Below are positions 11,387 through 21,299 of a DNA stretch of 64,000 nucleotides, piece after piece (position 1 is the stretch's first letter; the number at the start of each line of letters is the position of its first letter). The DNA is from Burkholderiales bacterium (lineage in GTDB: Bacteria > Pseudomonadota > Gammaproteobacteria > Burkholderiales > SHXO01). The notes under the pieces were generated by a model. The model was not told the DNA's origin. It was given only the letters and a program-made list of their open reading frames with translations, and made no database searches. The stretch is taken from the NCBI GenBank assembly GCA_046160525.1, contig JBJXGQ010000191.1:1428-65427 (forward strand), read 5' to 3'. A program made the position numbers and the translations under genes.

Positions 11387-12289
11387 CTATCCTCGTGGAT
11401 GATGCTTGGCGTGCAGCAGCTTCAAGCGCTCGCGCGCCACATGGGTGTAAATTTGAGTGGTGGAAATATCGGCGTGGCCCAACAACATTTGCACCACGCG
11501 CAGATCCGCGCCGTGATTGAGTAGGTGCGTCGCGAACGCATGCCGCAGCGTATGCGGGGATAACGCCTTGTGTATGCCCGCGCGCAGCGCATAGCGCCGA
11601 ATGACGTACCAAAAGGCATTGCGCGCCATGGCGCCACCGCGCGCGGTGACGAACAAGGCATCGCTGCCACGCGCTCCCAATATCGCGGGCCTGCCTTCTC
11701 TAAGATAACGAGCCACCCAATCCAAGGCTTCCTCGCCCACTGGCACCAGCCGCTCGCGATTGCCCTTTCCCAGCACGCGCACGACCCCCATGTCCTGGCT
11801 CAACTGGTTCAGTGCCAGCGTGATGAGTTCCGTCACGCGTAAACCTGTGGCGTACAACAACTCCAGCATCGCGCGATCGCGTAATCCCAAGGGTGTACTC
11901 ACCTTGGGTGCGGCGAGAAGATTTTCGACGTCAGCTTCACTCAGGCTTTTGGGCAGCGCGCGCGGAAGCTTCGGCGCTTCCACTTGCAACGTGGGATCTT
12001 CCGCGCAAATATTTTGGCGCACCAGATAGGAGTAGAAACGCCGTAGTGCGGAGAGCTGCCGCGCCACCGAGCGCGGCTTGGCGCCCCCTTGCAGGCGATG
12101 GGCAAGGTGAGCCAGGACATCTATCTTGCCGGCTTGCGAAAGAGTCTTCCGGCTCGGTATCAACCACTGGGCAAAGAGCACGAGGTCGCGCCGGTAACTG
12201 CTAAGGGAAAGGGGCGAGAGACCATCCTCCAGCCACAAGGCATCGCAGAAAGCGTCGAGCACGGGCTCGTGGCTAGGGGGCGTAGGCAT
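11387..12289 (-). CDS. xerD: site-specific tyrosine recombinase XerD
   Basis: 300 aa. LSPLSLSSYRRDL N-domain and C-terminal HTLRHAFATHLLNHGADLRVVQMLLGHADISTTQIYTHV. Confidence 0.92.
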   Translation of the reverse strand: MPTPPSHEPVLDAFCDALWLEDGLSPLSLSSYRRDLVLFAQWLIPSRKTLSQAGKIDVLAHLAHRLQGGAKPRSVARQLSALRRFYSYLVRQNICAEDPTLQVEAPKLPRALPKSLSEADVENLLAAPKVSTPLGLRDRAMLELLYATGLRVTELITLALNQLSQDMGVVRVLGKGNRERLVPVGEEALDWVARYLREGRPAILGARGSDALFVTARGGAMARNAFWYVIRRYALRAGIHKALSPHTLRHAFATHLLNHGADLRVVQMLLGHADISTTQIYTHVARERLKLLHAKHHPRG

Positions 12290-12790
12290 CTAGTGCGGAA
12301 GGGCACCTTCATGGCGCAGCAACCAGCGTTTGATATTCAGTGCGTGCCCTTCGGCGCGGGTATGCATGAAACCACCGATGCCCTGGGCCGCGACCACCCG
12401 GTGGCAAGGAATGATGAGCGGCAAACGGTTGGCACCGCAACAGGTTCCCACGGCGCGGGCGGAAGTGTTCATGGTCTTCGCGATTTCTCCGTAGCTCTGG
12501 GTGCTGCCACCGGGAATCATCCCGATCCGTTCCCACACGCTACGCTGAAAATCGGTGCCGTGAATTTCATGGGGCAGATCGAAGCGAAAGCGTGCATCCT
12601 TGCTGAAGGCGTTTAACTGCTTGGTCACCTCCCTGGCCAGCGTATTGATGGGAGCCAAGGTAGCGGCCGCCGGCGAGAGATACTCCAGGCCCACCAGACG
12701 ATCGTTCATAGTGCGCACACCAACGACAGCGAAAGGTAATGCGACGCGCGCGCAATATCCCGAAGCAAGTTCAAGGGGAGGTTTCACCAA
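12290..12790 (-). CDS. ogt: methylated-DNA--protein-cysteine methyltransferase
   Basis: 166 aa. Active site IIPCHRVVAAQGIGGF. Its stop abuts the xerD start with no gap. Confidence 0.9.
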   Translation of the reverse strand: MVKPPLELASGYCARVALPFAVVGVRTMNDRLVGLEYLSPAAATLAPINTLAREVTKQLNAFSKDARFRFDLPHEIHGTDFQRSVWERIGMIPGGSTQSYGEIAKTMNTSARAVGTCCGANRLPLIIPCHRVVAAQGIGGFMHTRAEGHALNIKRWLLRHEGALPH

Positions 12791-12843
12791 GCAAGAACTC
12801 TCGCCGTTAGCATGCCCCGAATTCTATCAACGGCCTCGCAGCC

Positions 12844-12869
12844 AACAAAAAAGGCGGCATGTGCCGCCT
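12844..12869 (-). terminator. rho-independent terminator after rplS
   Basis: Minus strand reads AGGCGGCA-CA-TGCCGCCT followed by TTTTTGTT. Confidence 0.75.
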
Positions 12870-12901
12870 TTCTTGGCTACCTGCCATGCCACCGGTTGAT
12901 A

Positions 12902-13285
12902 CTACTCGGCCATGACCTCGCGTGCCGAAATTTTCTCGCGAATGCGCGCCGATTTACCGGAGCGGTCACGCAAGTAGTACAGCTTCGCGCGCCGCACGTC
13001 GCCGCGGCGTTTGACTTCCACGCTGGCGATCAGGGGCGAATAGGTTTGGAAGGTACGCTCCACACCCTCGCCGGAGGATATCTTGCGCACGATGAAACTG
13101 GAATTCAGACCGCGGTTGCGCTTGGCGATGACGACCCCTTCGTAGGCCTGCACGCGCTTGCGCTCGCCTTCCACCACGCTGACGTTCACGATCACCGTAT
13201 CTCCCGCGGAAAACTCGGGGACTTTCTTGCCCAAGCGCGCGATCTCTTCTTGCTCGATTATGCCAATTAGATTCATCTGACTCAC
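12902..13285 (-). CDS. rplS: 50S ribosomal protein L19
   Basis: 127 aa. [44 protein letters not shown]. Confidence 0.97.
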   Translation of the reverse strand: MSQMNLIGIIEQEEIARLGKKVPEFSAGDTVIVNVSVVEGERKRVQAYEGVVIAKRNRGLNSSFIVRKISSGEGVERTFQTYSPLIASVEVKRRGDVRRAKLYYLRDRSGKSARIREKISAREVMAE

Positions 13286-13335
13286 TCCGCTTTATTACCC
13301 GTTATCGAACCACGTTTCCCGAAATCTGTCCTGCA

Positions 13336-14124
13336 CTACACCAATGAGCGCTTGGGTTGCACTTGTTCCTGTCTGAACTCTTCCAGCAGGCGCGTGTGTT
13401 CCGTACTCAAATTCATCTTTGCGAGCAGCTCCGGGCGCCGGCGCCAGGTGCGCCCCAAGGACTCCTTCAACCGCCAGCGGTTTATTTCCGCATGGTTACC
13501 CGACATCAGCACGGCCGGCACGGGCGCATCGCCCCACTGCTCGGGCCGCGTGTAATGCGGGCAATCCAGCAAGCCATTGACGAAGGAATCCTGCGCGGCG
13601 GAGTCATTATCCCCCAGCACGCCAGGAATCCGCCGAATGATGGCGTCCATCAATACCATGGCGGGCAATTCCCCGCCCGACAACACGTAGTCCCCGATGG
13701 AAACTTCGTAATCCACCTGCGCATCGATCAGGCGTTCATCCACGCCTTCGTAACGGCCAGCCAATAATATCAGTCCGTCCAACTGCTCCAGCTCGGTGAC
13801 CAACCCGTGGGTAAGAGACTTTCCCTGGGGCGTGAGGTACACCACCTTGGTATCCTTTCCGCCGGAACTGCGTTGCCTTTGCTTGGCCGCCTTGATGGCC
13901 TTCTCCAAAGGCTCGGCCATCATCACCATCCCTGGCCCCCCGCCATAGGGCCTGTCATCCACGGCGCGGTAGGCGTTTTGGCTAAAGTCCCGCGGATTCC
14001 ACAGCACCAGTTCGTAGACCGCCGCCTCGAAGGCCCGGCGCGTCACGCCCGAGCGCGTGATGGCGTCGAACATCTCCGGAAACAAGGTGATGACATCGAA
14101 CCGCTTCAAAAATCCGCCCCCCAT
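13336..14124 (-). CDS. trmD: tRNA (guanine37-N1)-methyltransferase
   Basis: 262 aa. [24 protein letters not shown] and [17 protein letters not shown]. Confidence 0.96.
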   Translation of the reverse strand: MGGGFLKRFDVITLFPEMFDAITRSGVTRRAFEAAVYELVLWNPRDFSQNAYRAVDDRPYGGGPGMVMMAEPLEKAIKAAKQRQRSSGGKDTKVVYLTPQGKSLTHGLVTELEQLDGLILLAGRYEGVDERLIDAQVDYEVSIGDYVLSGGELPAMVLMDAIIRRIPGVLGDNDSAAQDSFVNGLLDCPHYTRPEQWGDAPVPAVLMSGNHAEINRWRLKESLGRTWRRRPELLAKMNLSTEHTRLLEEFRQEQVQPKRSLV

Positions 14125-14624
14125 TCCACGATCACCTGCTGCTTCTCCAAGGATACTTCTGTCACGATAGGGGCAACGAAGGGGATCAAACGCTCGCGCT
14201 CTCCGTTGACCACCATCACACTTTGCGCCCCGTTATCGGCCATCTTGGCGATGATTCCGAGCACGATGCCTTCGGTGTTTACCACCGCCACCCCGATCAG
14301 ATCGGTCCAATAGAACTCACCTGGGTCGCTTTGGGGTAGTTCGTGCCTGAGAACCCCTACCTCGCAGCCTTTCAGCAGAGCCGCCTGCTCTCGTACCGAG
14401 ACGCCTTGCAACTTACACAGCACACTGCGGCCATGCACCGCAACCTGCTCCACTTCATACTGCTTGTAGGGCTCCTTAGCGCCCACCCAGTAGATGGGGT
14501 ATCCCCGTAATCCCGACGGTTCTTCGGTATAGGGTTGAATCTTGACCCAGCCCTGGATGCCAAAGGGGGCGGCAATGCGCCCCAGCAGAACTAGGCGGTC
14601 AAGCGGGCTTGGCGGCTCGGCCAA
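14106..14624 (-). CDS. rimM: ribosome maturation factor RimM
   Basis: 172 aa. [16 protein letters not shown] and a PRC barrel C-terminus. Lies between rpsP and trmD. Confidence 0.93.
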   Translation of the reverse strand: MAEPPSPLDRLVLLGRIAAPFGIQGWVKIQPYTEEPSGLRGYPIYWVGAKEPYKQYEVEQVAVHGRSVLCKLQGVSVREQAALLKGCEVGVLRHELPQSDPGEFYWTDLIGVAVVNTEGIVLGIIAKMADNGAQSVMVVNGERERLIPFVAPIVTEVSLEKQQVIVEWGADF

Positions 14625-14856
14625 ACTGCTTCACTAAACGGGAAACTGTCGAGCTCAGCTGCGCGCCGTGCGCCTGCCAGTGGGTAATCCGCCCCATCTC
14701 GATGCGCAGCGACTCGCGCCCCGCCGGAGCCTTGGGGTCGTAAAACCCCAGGCGTTCGATGAAACGGCCATCCCTGGCATTACGCGAATCCGTAACGACC
14801 ACATTGAAAAACGGACGCTTTTTCGCGCCACCACGTGCCAAGCGAATCACTACCAT
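14599..14856 (-). CDS. rpsP: 30S ribosomal protein S16
   Basis: 85 aa. [41 protein letters not shown]. Confidence 0.97.
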   Translation of the reverse strand: MVVIRLARGGAKKRPFFNVVVTDSRNARDGRFIERLGFYDPKAPAGRESLRIEMGRITHWQAHGAQLSSTVSRLVKQFGRAAKPA

Positions 14857-14898
14857 GGGCCTCGTCCTAATGTATCCGGTAAAAAGCGAAGGGGCGCG

Positions 14899-14927
14899 AT
14901 TCTAGTCCCGCGACTGCCTGGGATCAA
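14899..14927 (-). promoter_or_regulatory. candidate sigma-70 promoter of the rpsP-rimM-trmD-rplS operon
   Basis: Minus strand reads TTGATC (14927-14922), 17-nt spacer, TAGAAT (14904-14899), about 45 nt upstream of the rpsP ATG. Confidence 0.5.
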
Positions 14928-14959
14928 GACGAATTTAGGCCTTTTGGGGCGTGGCCATC

Positions 14960-15730
14960 CTATTTGCTGGCCGCCAACTCGGGTTTCCCCGCGTGGAACA
15001 CCTGGTCGAGGAAGGTCACGACAACCTTGGTCAGTTCGTCCTCCCGCCCCTCGAAGAAGTGCAGAGCGTCCTTGACGACGATCTGGTCGGAGCCCTTGAT
15101 CTTCATGATCTGCTTCTTGCGCTCGTAGGCGCCCACCTGGGTAATCTCCCAATCCTTGCCGCCGAAGACGTCGAGCACGGGGATCTTGATGCGGAACATT
15201 TCCTCCAGCCCATTAATGATGCCAATGAATACCCAGGCCTTCACGTCGGTCTTGTCCGCATTGATCAAGTACTGGTTCGCCATGGTGGCGCCCAGGCTAT
15301 GGGACACGATGGAGATGTTCTTGAAACCCTTGGCCTTAAGAAACTCCGTGGCCAGGTAAAACCGCTCGGCGGCATCCGGATAGGTGGGAATGTAGTCGCC
15401 GATCTTGGCGCCACCGCCCAGGATGGGAAGCTGAATGGAGAGCGTGCTATAGCCTTGCTCGGCGATCTTTTGCCGCAAGACGCCATAGAGCTCGAAATCC
15501 GGGCTCCAGCCCCGCCCATGGGCAATGATGGCCGCGCCCCGCGGTTTCTCGGCCTCGGTGTAGATGGCGAGAAACTTGTGCCCCTCCTTTTGCTCGATCC
15601 AAACGGCGTCCCCCACAAGGAGGCCAGGAACGATCTGGTCCGCCCAGCGCTTCTCGCGGGCGTAATCCTGGGCGTGCGCCAAACCCGCGGTCGTTATCAT
15701 CAGAGCAATTACGAAGAACCACTTATACAA
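14960..15730 (-). CDS. secreted alpha/beta hydrolase (uncharacterised family)
   Basis: 256 aa. Signal peptide ...TTAGLAHA/QD, nucleophile elbow IVSHSLGA, later GGKD and DALHFF as candidate Asp/His. Confidence 0.65.
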   Translation of the reverse strand: MYKWFFVIALMITTAGLAHAQDYAREKRWADQIVPGLLVGDAVWIEQKEGHKFLAIYTEAEKPRGAAIIAHGRGWSPDFELYGVLRQKIAEQGYSTLSIQLPILGGGAKIGDYIPTYPDAAERFYLATEFLKAKGFKNISIVSHSLGATMANQYLINADKTDVKAWVFIGIINGLEEMFRIKIPVLDVFGGKDWEITQVGAYERKKQIMKIKGSDQIVVKDALHFFEGREDELTKVVVTFLDQVFHAGKPELAASK

Positions 15731-15761
15731 AACCTTTCTCCTTAAACGCGGGAATGCGCGA

Positions 15762-17108
15762 TCAGCGCATTCCCGGCATCATCCCCTTCATTGCGCGCAT
15801 CATCTTCTGCACGCCGCCCTTGCTCATCATCTTCATCATTTTCTGCATCTGTTCGAACTGGTTGAGCATGCGGTTGACTTCCTGCACGCTCACGCCAGAA
15901 CCCGTGGCGATGCGGCGCTTTCGCGAAGCTTTGATGAGTTCGGGCTTGCTTCGTTCCTGGCGGGTCATGGAGTCGATGATGCCAACGGTGCGGTAGATCA
16001 CTTTCTCGTCCATCTGCGCGCCTTGAACGGCTTGCGTGAGCTGGGCCGGCAATTTGTCCATCAGTGCCCCCATCCCGCCCATCTTCTTCATCTGCAGAAG
16101 CTGGCTGCGAAAATCTTCCAGGTCGAAACCCTTGCCACTCTTGACCTTCTTCGCGAGCTTTTGCGCTTCCTCGGCGTCCACGTTGCGATGGGCGTCTTCC
16201 ACCAAGGACAGCACATCGCCCATCCCGATGATGCGCGAAGCCATGCGCTCCGGGTAGAAGGGCTCCAGGTTGGGGAGTTTCTCGCCCATACCCACGAACT
16301 TGATGGGCTTGCCGGTCACGTGGCGCACGGAAAGCGCGGCGCCACCGCGCGCATCGCCATCGAGCTTCGTCAGCACCACGCCCGTGAGGGGCAAGGCGTC
16401 CGCGAAGGCTTTGGCGACGTTCACCGCATCCTGGCCTTGCATGGAATCCACCACGAACAACGTTTCGGCCGGGTGGATGGACGAATGCAATTCGCTGATC
16501 TCGCGCATCATGGCTTCGTCGATGCTCAAGCGTCCCGCCGTATCCAGGATGAGCACGTCGTGGTAATGGGTGCGGGCGTGATGCAATGCCGCTTGCGCAA
16601 TGTCGAGCGGGCGCTGGCTGGTTTGCGAGGGATAGAAATCCGCGCCGACCTGCTTGGCGAGCGTTTGAAGTTGGTCGATGGCCGCAGGACGGTAAACGTC
16701 GCAGCTAACCAGCAGAACTTTTTTCTTCTGCTCGATCAGCATGCGCGCAAGCTTGCCCGAGGTGGTGGTCTTGCCAGAGCCTTGCAGGCCCGCCATCAAA
16801 ATAACCACGGGGGGTGTGGTGGCGAGGTTGAGCCCCTGGGCCGATCCGCCCATCACCGCGGTCAATTCCTCGTAAACCACACCCACCAAGGCTTGGCCGG
16901 GGGTCAAACTTCCCACCACTTCCTGGCCCAAGGCTTTTTCCTTCACCTTGGCCATGAAATCCTTGACTACCGGTAGCGCGACATCGGCCTCCAGCAGTGC
17001 CATGCGCACTTCGCGCAAGGCGTCTTGCACATTGGCATCGGTCAGGCGCGCGTGACCGCGGAGTGTCTTGACGACACCTGAGAGCCGGTTGGTGAGATTT
17101 TCGAACAT
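15762..17108 (-). CDS. ffh: signal recognition particle protein Ffh
   Basis: 448 aa. GLQGSGKTTT, DTAGRL, TKLDGDARGG and a Met-rich M domain. Confidence 0.98.
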   Translation of the reverse strand: MFENLTNRLSGVVKTLRGHARLTDANVQDALREVRMALLEADVALPVVKDFMAKVKEKALGQEVVGSLTPGQALVGVVYEELTAVMGGSAQGLNLATTPPVVILMAGLQGSGKTTTSGKLARMLIEQKKKVLLVSCDVYRPAAIDQLQTLAKQVGADFYPSQTSQRPLDIAQAALHHARTHYHDVLILDTAGRLSIDEAMMREISELHSSIHPAETLFVVDSMQGQDAVNVAKAFADALPLTGVVLTKLDGDARGGAALSVRHVTGKPIKFVGMGEKLPNLEPFYPERMASRIIGMGDVLSLVEDAHRNVDAEEAQKLAKKVKSGKGFDLEDFRSQLLQMKKMGGMGALMDKLPAQLTQAVQGAQMDEKVIYRTVGIIDSMTRQERSKPELIKASRKRRIATGSGVSVQEVNRMLNQFEQMQKMMKMMSKGGVQKMMRAMKGMMPGMR

Positions 17109-17174
17109 GGGTAGCAGCTGTTAGAGGGAACTTGGCAGGCAGATTCGGACGAGCGATGCGGTAGACTTGAATGA

Positions 17175-18032
17175 ATGCCAGCGGCATCCACTGCCGCGGC
17201 TCACCACCGCGAGAACGATTCGATTCTAACGCATCCCTCCATCTGCCTACTGGTCAGTGCGCTCTACGCCGCCCTGGGTGCCAGCCTTTGGCGCACATTG
17301 TCGCGCCCTGTTGCGCAGACTGGGCCCCGCTGGCAATTGGCAGCAGCCGTGCCGCTCCTGGGGCACGCGTGGCTACTCGCCCAGGCCTTGTTCGCGGAAG
17401 GGGAAATGAGATTTGGCGTGGGCACATCGTTGTCGCTCATCATCTGGCTTACCGCATTAATTTACTGGCTGGCAAGCTTTCGGCAGCGTCTGGCAGGCCT
17501 GCAGGTACTCATCTACGCCTTGGCGGCTATCACGGTACTCGCGAGTATTGCACTACCGGCGGGGAAACCCCTCACCCATACCCATCTGGGGCTGTTTCGC
17601 GCGCACCTGCTGCTGTCGCTGCTTTCCTACAGTCTGTTTACCATCGCCTCTCTCCAGGCACTCCTCATGGCCGCGCTGGAACGCCGCCTTCATGGTGCCT
17701 CGCTACCGGTCTTTTTACAGCATCTACCTCCCCTTTTGAGCCTGGAAACGCTGCTTTTTCGCATCCTGGGACTAGGGTTCTTGCTGCTCACGCTCTCGCT
17801 CGCCTCCGGGATGTTCTTCTCCGAGGAGTTATTCGGCAAGCCGCTTCAGTTCACCCACAAGGTCATCTTCGGAATATTGTCGTGGATCATCTTCGCCGCC
17901 CTGTTGCTGGGGCGCCGTCTTTGGGGGTGGCGCGGCCGGGTGGCCTTGCGTTGGACGCTGAGCGGGTTTCTTGCATTGGTGCTGGCATATTTGGGTACGA
18001 AGTTCGTGCTTGAGGTGTTGCTGCACCGCTAG
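17175..18032 (+). CDS. cytochrome c assembly (CcsA-like) family inner membrane protein, YpjD-like
   Basis: 285 aa polytopic membrane protein. Divergent from ffh as in E. coli ypjD, with C-terminal KVIFGILSWIIFAALLLGRRLWGWRG. Start uncertain. Confidence 0.7.
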   Translation: MPAASTAAAHHRENDSILTHPSICLLVSALYAALGASLWRTLSRPVAQTGPRWQLAAAVPLLGHAWLLAQALFAEGEMRFGVGTSLSLIIWLTALIYWLASFRQRLAGLQVLIYALAAITVLASIALPAGKPLTHTHLGLFRAHLLLSLLSYSLFTIASLQALLMAALERRLHGASLPVFLQHLPPLLSLETLLFRILGLGFLLLTLSLASGMFFSEELFGKPLQFTHKVIFGILSWIIFAALLLGRRLWGWRGRVALRWTLSGFLALVLAYLGTKFVLEVLLHR

Positions 18033-18252
18033 GGGTGTGCTGGCAGGAGCGGAAAATCCGGCTCAATTTTCCCTTCCCCGGGCCGATATCACTGGGCGAC
18101 CAATCGATATCCCGCCCTCACAAAATGCCCGATACAGAAGCGCCGCTCATTGCAAGGCGCCCAAATAGCGCCCGCCTTTCGATTTCCCCAGCAGCTACCC
18201 GTGGGCCCAGCGCCCAAGGCCGAGCCGCGGTTGCGCCTACCCGGTAGCCAAC

Positions 18253-19965
18253 GTGGCAGTCACAACTCATGGAGGACTGAGCGGTTTGGCGCGCGCCATG
18301 GTTCAAAAAGGCATGCTCAAGGAACAAGAGGCCGAAGGTTTGCAAGCCAAAGCCCACGGCGCGAACATCACTTTCGTGGAGCAATTGCTGCAAGCCAAGA
18401 AATTCGGCGAGTCAGAAATCGCCTCCTTCGCTTCGGCCGCCTTTGGCTTTCCCCTGTTCGACTTGGGGTCCATCGATCCCGTGCATTTACCGGTGAAGTA
18501 CCTAGAAGCAAAGGTGCTGTCCGGTAAGCGTGCGCTCCCCCTGTATACGCGCGGCAACCGCCTGTTCGTGGGCTTCTCCGACCCCACGAATCGCGCCGCC
18601 ATGGACGAGCTCAAGTTCCAAACGGGGCTCCACATCGAGCCAGTGGTGGTGGAGGACGGTAAGCTTGCCACTTTGCTCGCCAAGGTCACTCAGGACGCCA
18701 GTGACGCCTTGTCGAGCCTGCTCGACGATGACAACAGCGCGGACTTGGTCGACATGGTGGCACAAGAGGCCGCACCAGAGGCCCCTAGCGTTGAGGTCGA
18801 CGATGCCCCGGTGGTGAAGTACATCCAAAAAACCCTATTGGATGCCATTAACCAGGGCGCCTCGGACGTTCACTTCGAGCCCTACGAAAAATATTACCGC
18901 ATCCGCTACCGCACGGACGGCGAGTTGCGCGAGGTGAGCCAGCCGCCTCTCGCTCTGAAAGAGAAAATCGCCTCCCGCATCAAGGTAATTTCCAAGCTCG
19001 ACATTTCGGAAAAACGCGTACCCCAGGACGGACGCATGAAGCTCGTGTTATCCAAGAACCGGGCCATCGATTTTCGCGTCAGCACGCTCCCTACCTTGCA
19101 TGGCGAAAAGATCGTCCTGCGTATTCTAGATCCATCGAGCACCACTTTAGGCATCGAGGCCTTGGGATACGAGCCGGAGCAAAAGCAGGCCATGCTCAAT
19201 GCTATCAGCCGCCCCTACGGAATGATTCTCGTGACGGGCCCGACAGGTTCCGGCAAGACCGTGTCGCTCTACACCTGCCTCAATTTACTCAACAAGCCCG
19301 GTATCAATATCTCGACAGCGGAGGATCCCGCCGAGATCACTCTTCCAGGCGTCAACCAAGTCAACGTCAACGACAAGGCTGGTCTAACTTTTGCGGCTGC
19401 CCTCAAGGCTTTCTTGCGGCAAGACCCGGATGTCATCATGGTGGGCGAGATCCGCGACTTGGAAACCGCCGAGATCGCCATCAAAGCTGCCCAGACGGGA
19501 CATTTGGTCTTATCCACGTTGCATACCAACGACGCCCCCACTACCTTGACTCGCATGATGAACATGGGGATTGCCCCCTTCAATATCGCCACTTCGGTCA
19601 TGCTGATCACGGCACAACGCCTGGGGCGGCGCTTATGCCAGTGCAAACAGCCCGCGAAAATTCCCCCGGAGGCATTACTCAGAGCAGGTTTTACCGAGGC
19701 CGATTTGGACGGTAAATGGGTCCCTTTCCGGCAGGTTGGATGTGACATATGCAGTGGCTCGGGCTACAAGGGCCGCGTGGGGGTCTACCAAGTGATGCCT
19801 ATCAGCGACGAGATCAATCGCATCATCATGAAGAACGGCAATGCCATGGATATCGCTGTTCAAGCCAAGCGCGAGGGCGTAAAGGATCTACGGCAGTCCG
19901 GTTTACTAAAAGTCAAGCAAGGCGTGACCTCGCTAGAGGAAATCGAGGCCATCACCAATGAATAA
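18253..19965 (+). CDS. pilB: type IV pilus assembly ATPase PilB
   Basis: 570 aa. Walker A GPTGSGKT, Asp/His boxes, tetracysteine CQCK...CDICSGSGYKGR. GTG start. Confidence 0.95.
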   Translation: MAVTTHGGLSGLARAMVQKGMLKEQEAEGLQAKAHGANITFVEQLLQAKKFGESEIASFASAAFGFPLFDLGSIDPVHLPVKYLEAKVLSGKRALPLYTRGNRLFVGFSDPTNRAAMDELKFQTGLHIEPVVVEDGKLATLLAKVTQDASDALSSLLDDDNSADLVDMVAQEAAPEAPSVEVDDAPVVKYIQKTLLDAINQGASDVHFEPYEKYYRIRYRTDGELREVSQPPLALKEKIASRIKVISKLDISEKRVPQDGRMKLVLSKNRAIDFRVSTLPTLHGEKIVLRILDPSSTTLGIEALGYEPEQKQAMLNAISRPYGMILVTGPTGSGKTVSLYTCLNLLNKPGINISTAEDPAEITLPGVNQVNVNDKAGLTFAAALKAFLRQDPDVIMVGEIRDLETAEIAIKAAQTGHLVLSTLHTNDAPTTLTRMMNMGIAPFNIATSVMLITAQRLGRRLCQCKQPAKIPPEALLRAGFTEADLDGKWVPFRQVGCDICSGSGYKGRVGVYQVMPISDEINRIIMKNGNAMDIAVQAKREGVKDLRQSGLLKVKQGVTSLEEIEAITNE

Positions 19966-19986
19966 ACACCGTTAGGAGTCACGACC

Positions 19987-21216
19987 ATGGCAGCAGCCAA
20001 CCCCGCCATCAAACGCCGCGAGGTCAAGGAGCAAACCTACCAATGGGAGGGGCGCGACAAGGCCGGCAAGACCGTCAAGGGCGAAATGCGCGCCACCGGC
20101 GAGGCGGTTGTGCAATCCTCATTGCGCCGCCAGGGCATCTCCGTGCTCAAGGTAAAAAAACAACGCAAGAGCGGAGGCGGCAGCGTTTCGGATAAGGACA
20201 TCACGCTGTTTACGCGGCAACTGGCCACCATGATGAAGGCAGGCGTCCCGTTGTTGCAATCCTTCGAGATCGTCGGCAAGGGCCACAATAACCCGGCAGT
20301 GAGCAAGCTCCTTTTCGATATCAAATCGGACGTGGAAACCGGAAGTTCGCTTACGCAGGCGTTCCGCAAATACCCCCTGTACTTCGACCCTCTTTTCTGC
20401 AATCTAGTTGGAGCCGGCGAAGCCGCGGGTATTTTGGATAGCTTGCTCGACCGGCTTGCAACCTACAAGGAAAAGATTCTTGCCATTAAGAGCAAAATCA
20501 AGTCCGCGCTCTTCTATCCGATTTCCGTATTGGTGGTCGCCTTCGTCATCACCGCGGTCATCATGATCTTCGTCATTCCGTCCTTCAAGGAACTCTTCGA
20601 GGGGTTCGGCGCGAATCTGCCCGCCCCGACCCTCGCGGTGATGGCCATGTCGGATTTCTTCGTCGAATACTGGTACTTGATTTTTAGCAGCATCGGCGGC
20701 GGACTATGGTTCTTCTTTTACACGTGGAAGCGCTCCGCCAAGATGCAAATGATCATGGACCGGTTACTCCTCAAGGTTCCCGTCTTCGGTGATCTCGTTC
20801 GCAAGGCCACCATAGCCCGCTGGACCCGTACCTTGGCAACCATGTTCGCGGCCGGCGTACCCCTTGTGGAAGCCCTGGATTCCGTAGGCGGGGCCTCCGG
20901 GAACTACGTCTACGTGCAAGCCACGAAGCGAATTCAAGGAGAGGTCAGCACGGGCACGAGCTTGACGGTGTCCATGCAGAACAGCGAAGTTTTCCCCAAT
21001 ATGGTGACCCAGATGGTGGCCATTGGAGAGGAATCCGGTTCCTTGGATGGGATGCTGTCCAAGGTCGCCGACTTCTTCGAGGCGGAAGTCGATGACGCCG
21101 TGGATGCACTGTCGAGCCTGATGGAACCCATGATCATGGTGGTGCTGGGAACGCTGATCGGCGGACTGGTTATTGCCATGTACTTGCCCATTTTCAAGAT
21201 GGGACAAGTCGTCTAA
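19987..21216 (+). CDS. pilC: type IV pilus platform protein PilC (GspF family)
   Basis: 409 aa. Two T2SSF repeats (FTRQLATMMKAGVPLLQS / WTRTLATMFAAGVPLVEA). Confidence 0.95.
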   Translation: MAAANPAIKRREVKEQTYQWEGRDKAGKTVKGEMRATGEAVVQSSLRRQGISVLKVKKQRKSGGGSVSDKDITLFTRQLATMMKAGVPLLQSFEIVGKGHNNPAVSKLLFDIKSDVETGSSLTQAFRKYPLYFDPLFCNLVGAGEAAGILDSLLDRLATYKEKILAIKSKIKSALFYPISVLVVAFVITAVIMIFVIPSFKELFEGFGANLPAPTLAVMAMSDFFVEYWYLIFSSIGGGLWFFFYTWKRSAKMQMIMDRLLLKVPVFGDLVRKATIARWTRTLATMFAAGVPLVEALDSVGGASGNYVYVQATKRIQGEVSTGTSLTVSMQNSEVFPNMVTQMVAIGEESGSLDGMLSKVADFFEAEVDDAVDALSSLMEPMIMVVLGTLIGGLVIAMYLPIFKMGQVV

Positions 21217-21237
21217 ACCAGAAAACACGAACCCAAG

Positions 21238-21269
21238 GCCGGCGCGTTAAACTGCGCCGGCTTTTTTTT
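21238..21269 (+). terminator. rho-independent terminator after pilC
   Basis: GCCGGCGC-N8-GCGCCGGC followed by T8. Confidence 0.8.
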
Positions 21270-21299
21270 AACATCTTTCGGCCTATCCCAATTAGCTCC

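Noticed and set aside
11387-12289. Tyrosine recombinase as a possible marker of an integrated mobile element
   Set aside because: The sequence and length fit chromosomal XerD. It is embedded in a tight ogt-xerD-plsY block of core genes, and no att-like repeats, phage genes or tRNA-flanked island boundaries are nearby.
18033-18252. Looked for a pilin (pilA) gene or other small gene upstream of pilB
   Set aside because: No ORF on either strand has the class III signal peptide (G/FTLIELMIV). The 220-nt gap looks like an ordinary promoter region, so the pilin is presumably encoded elsewhere.
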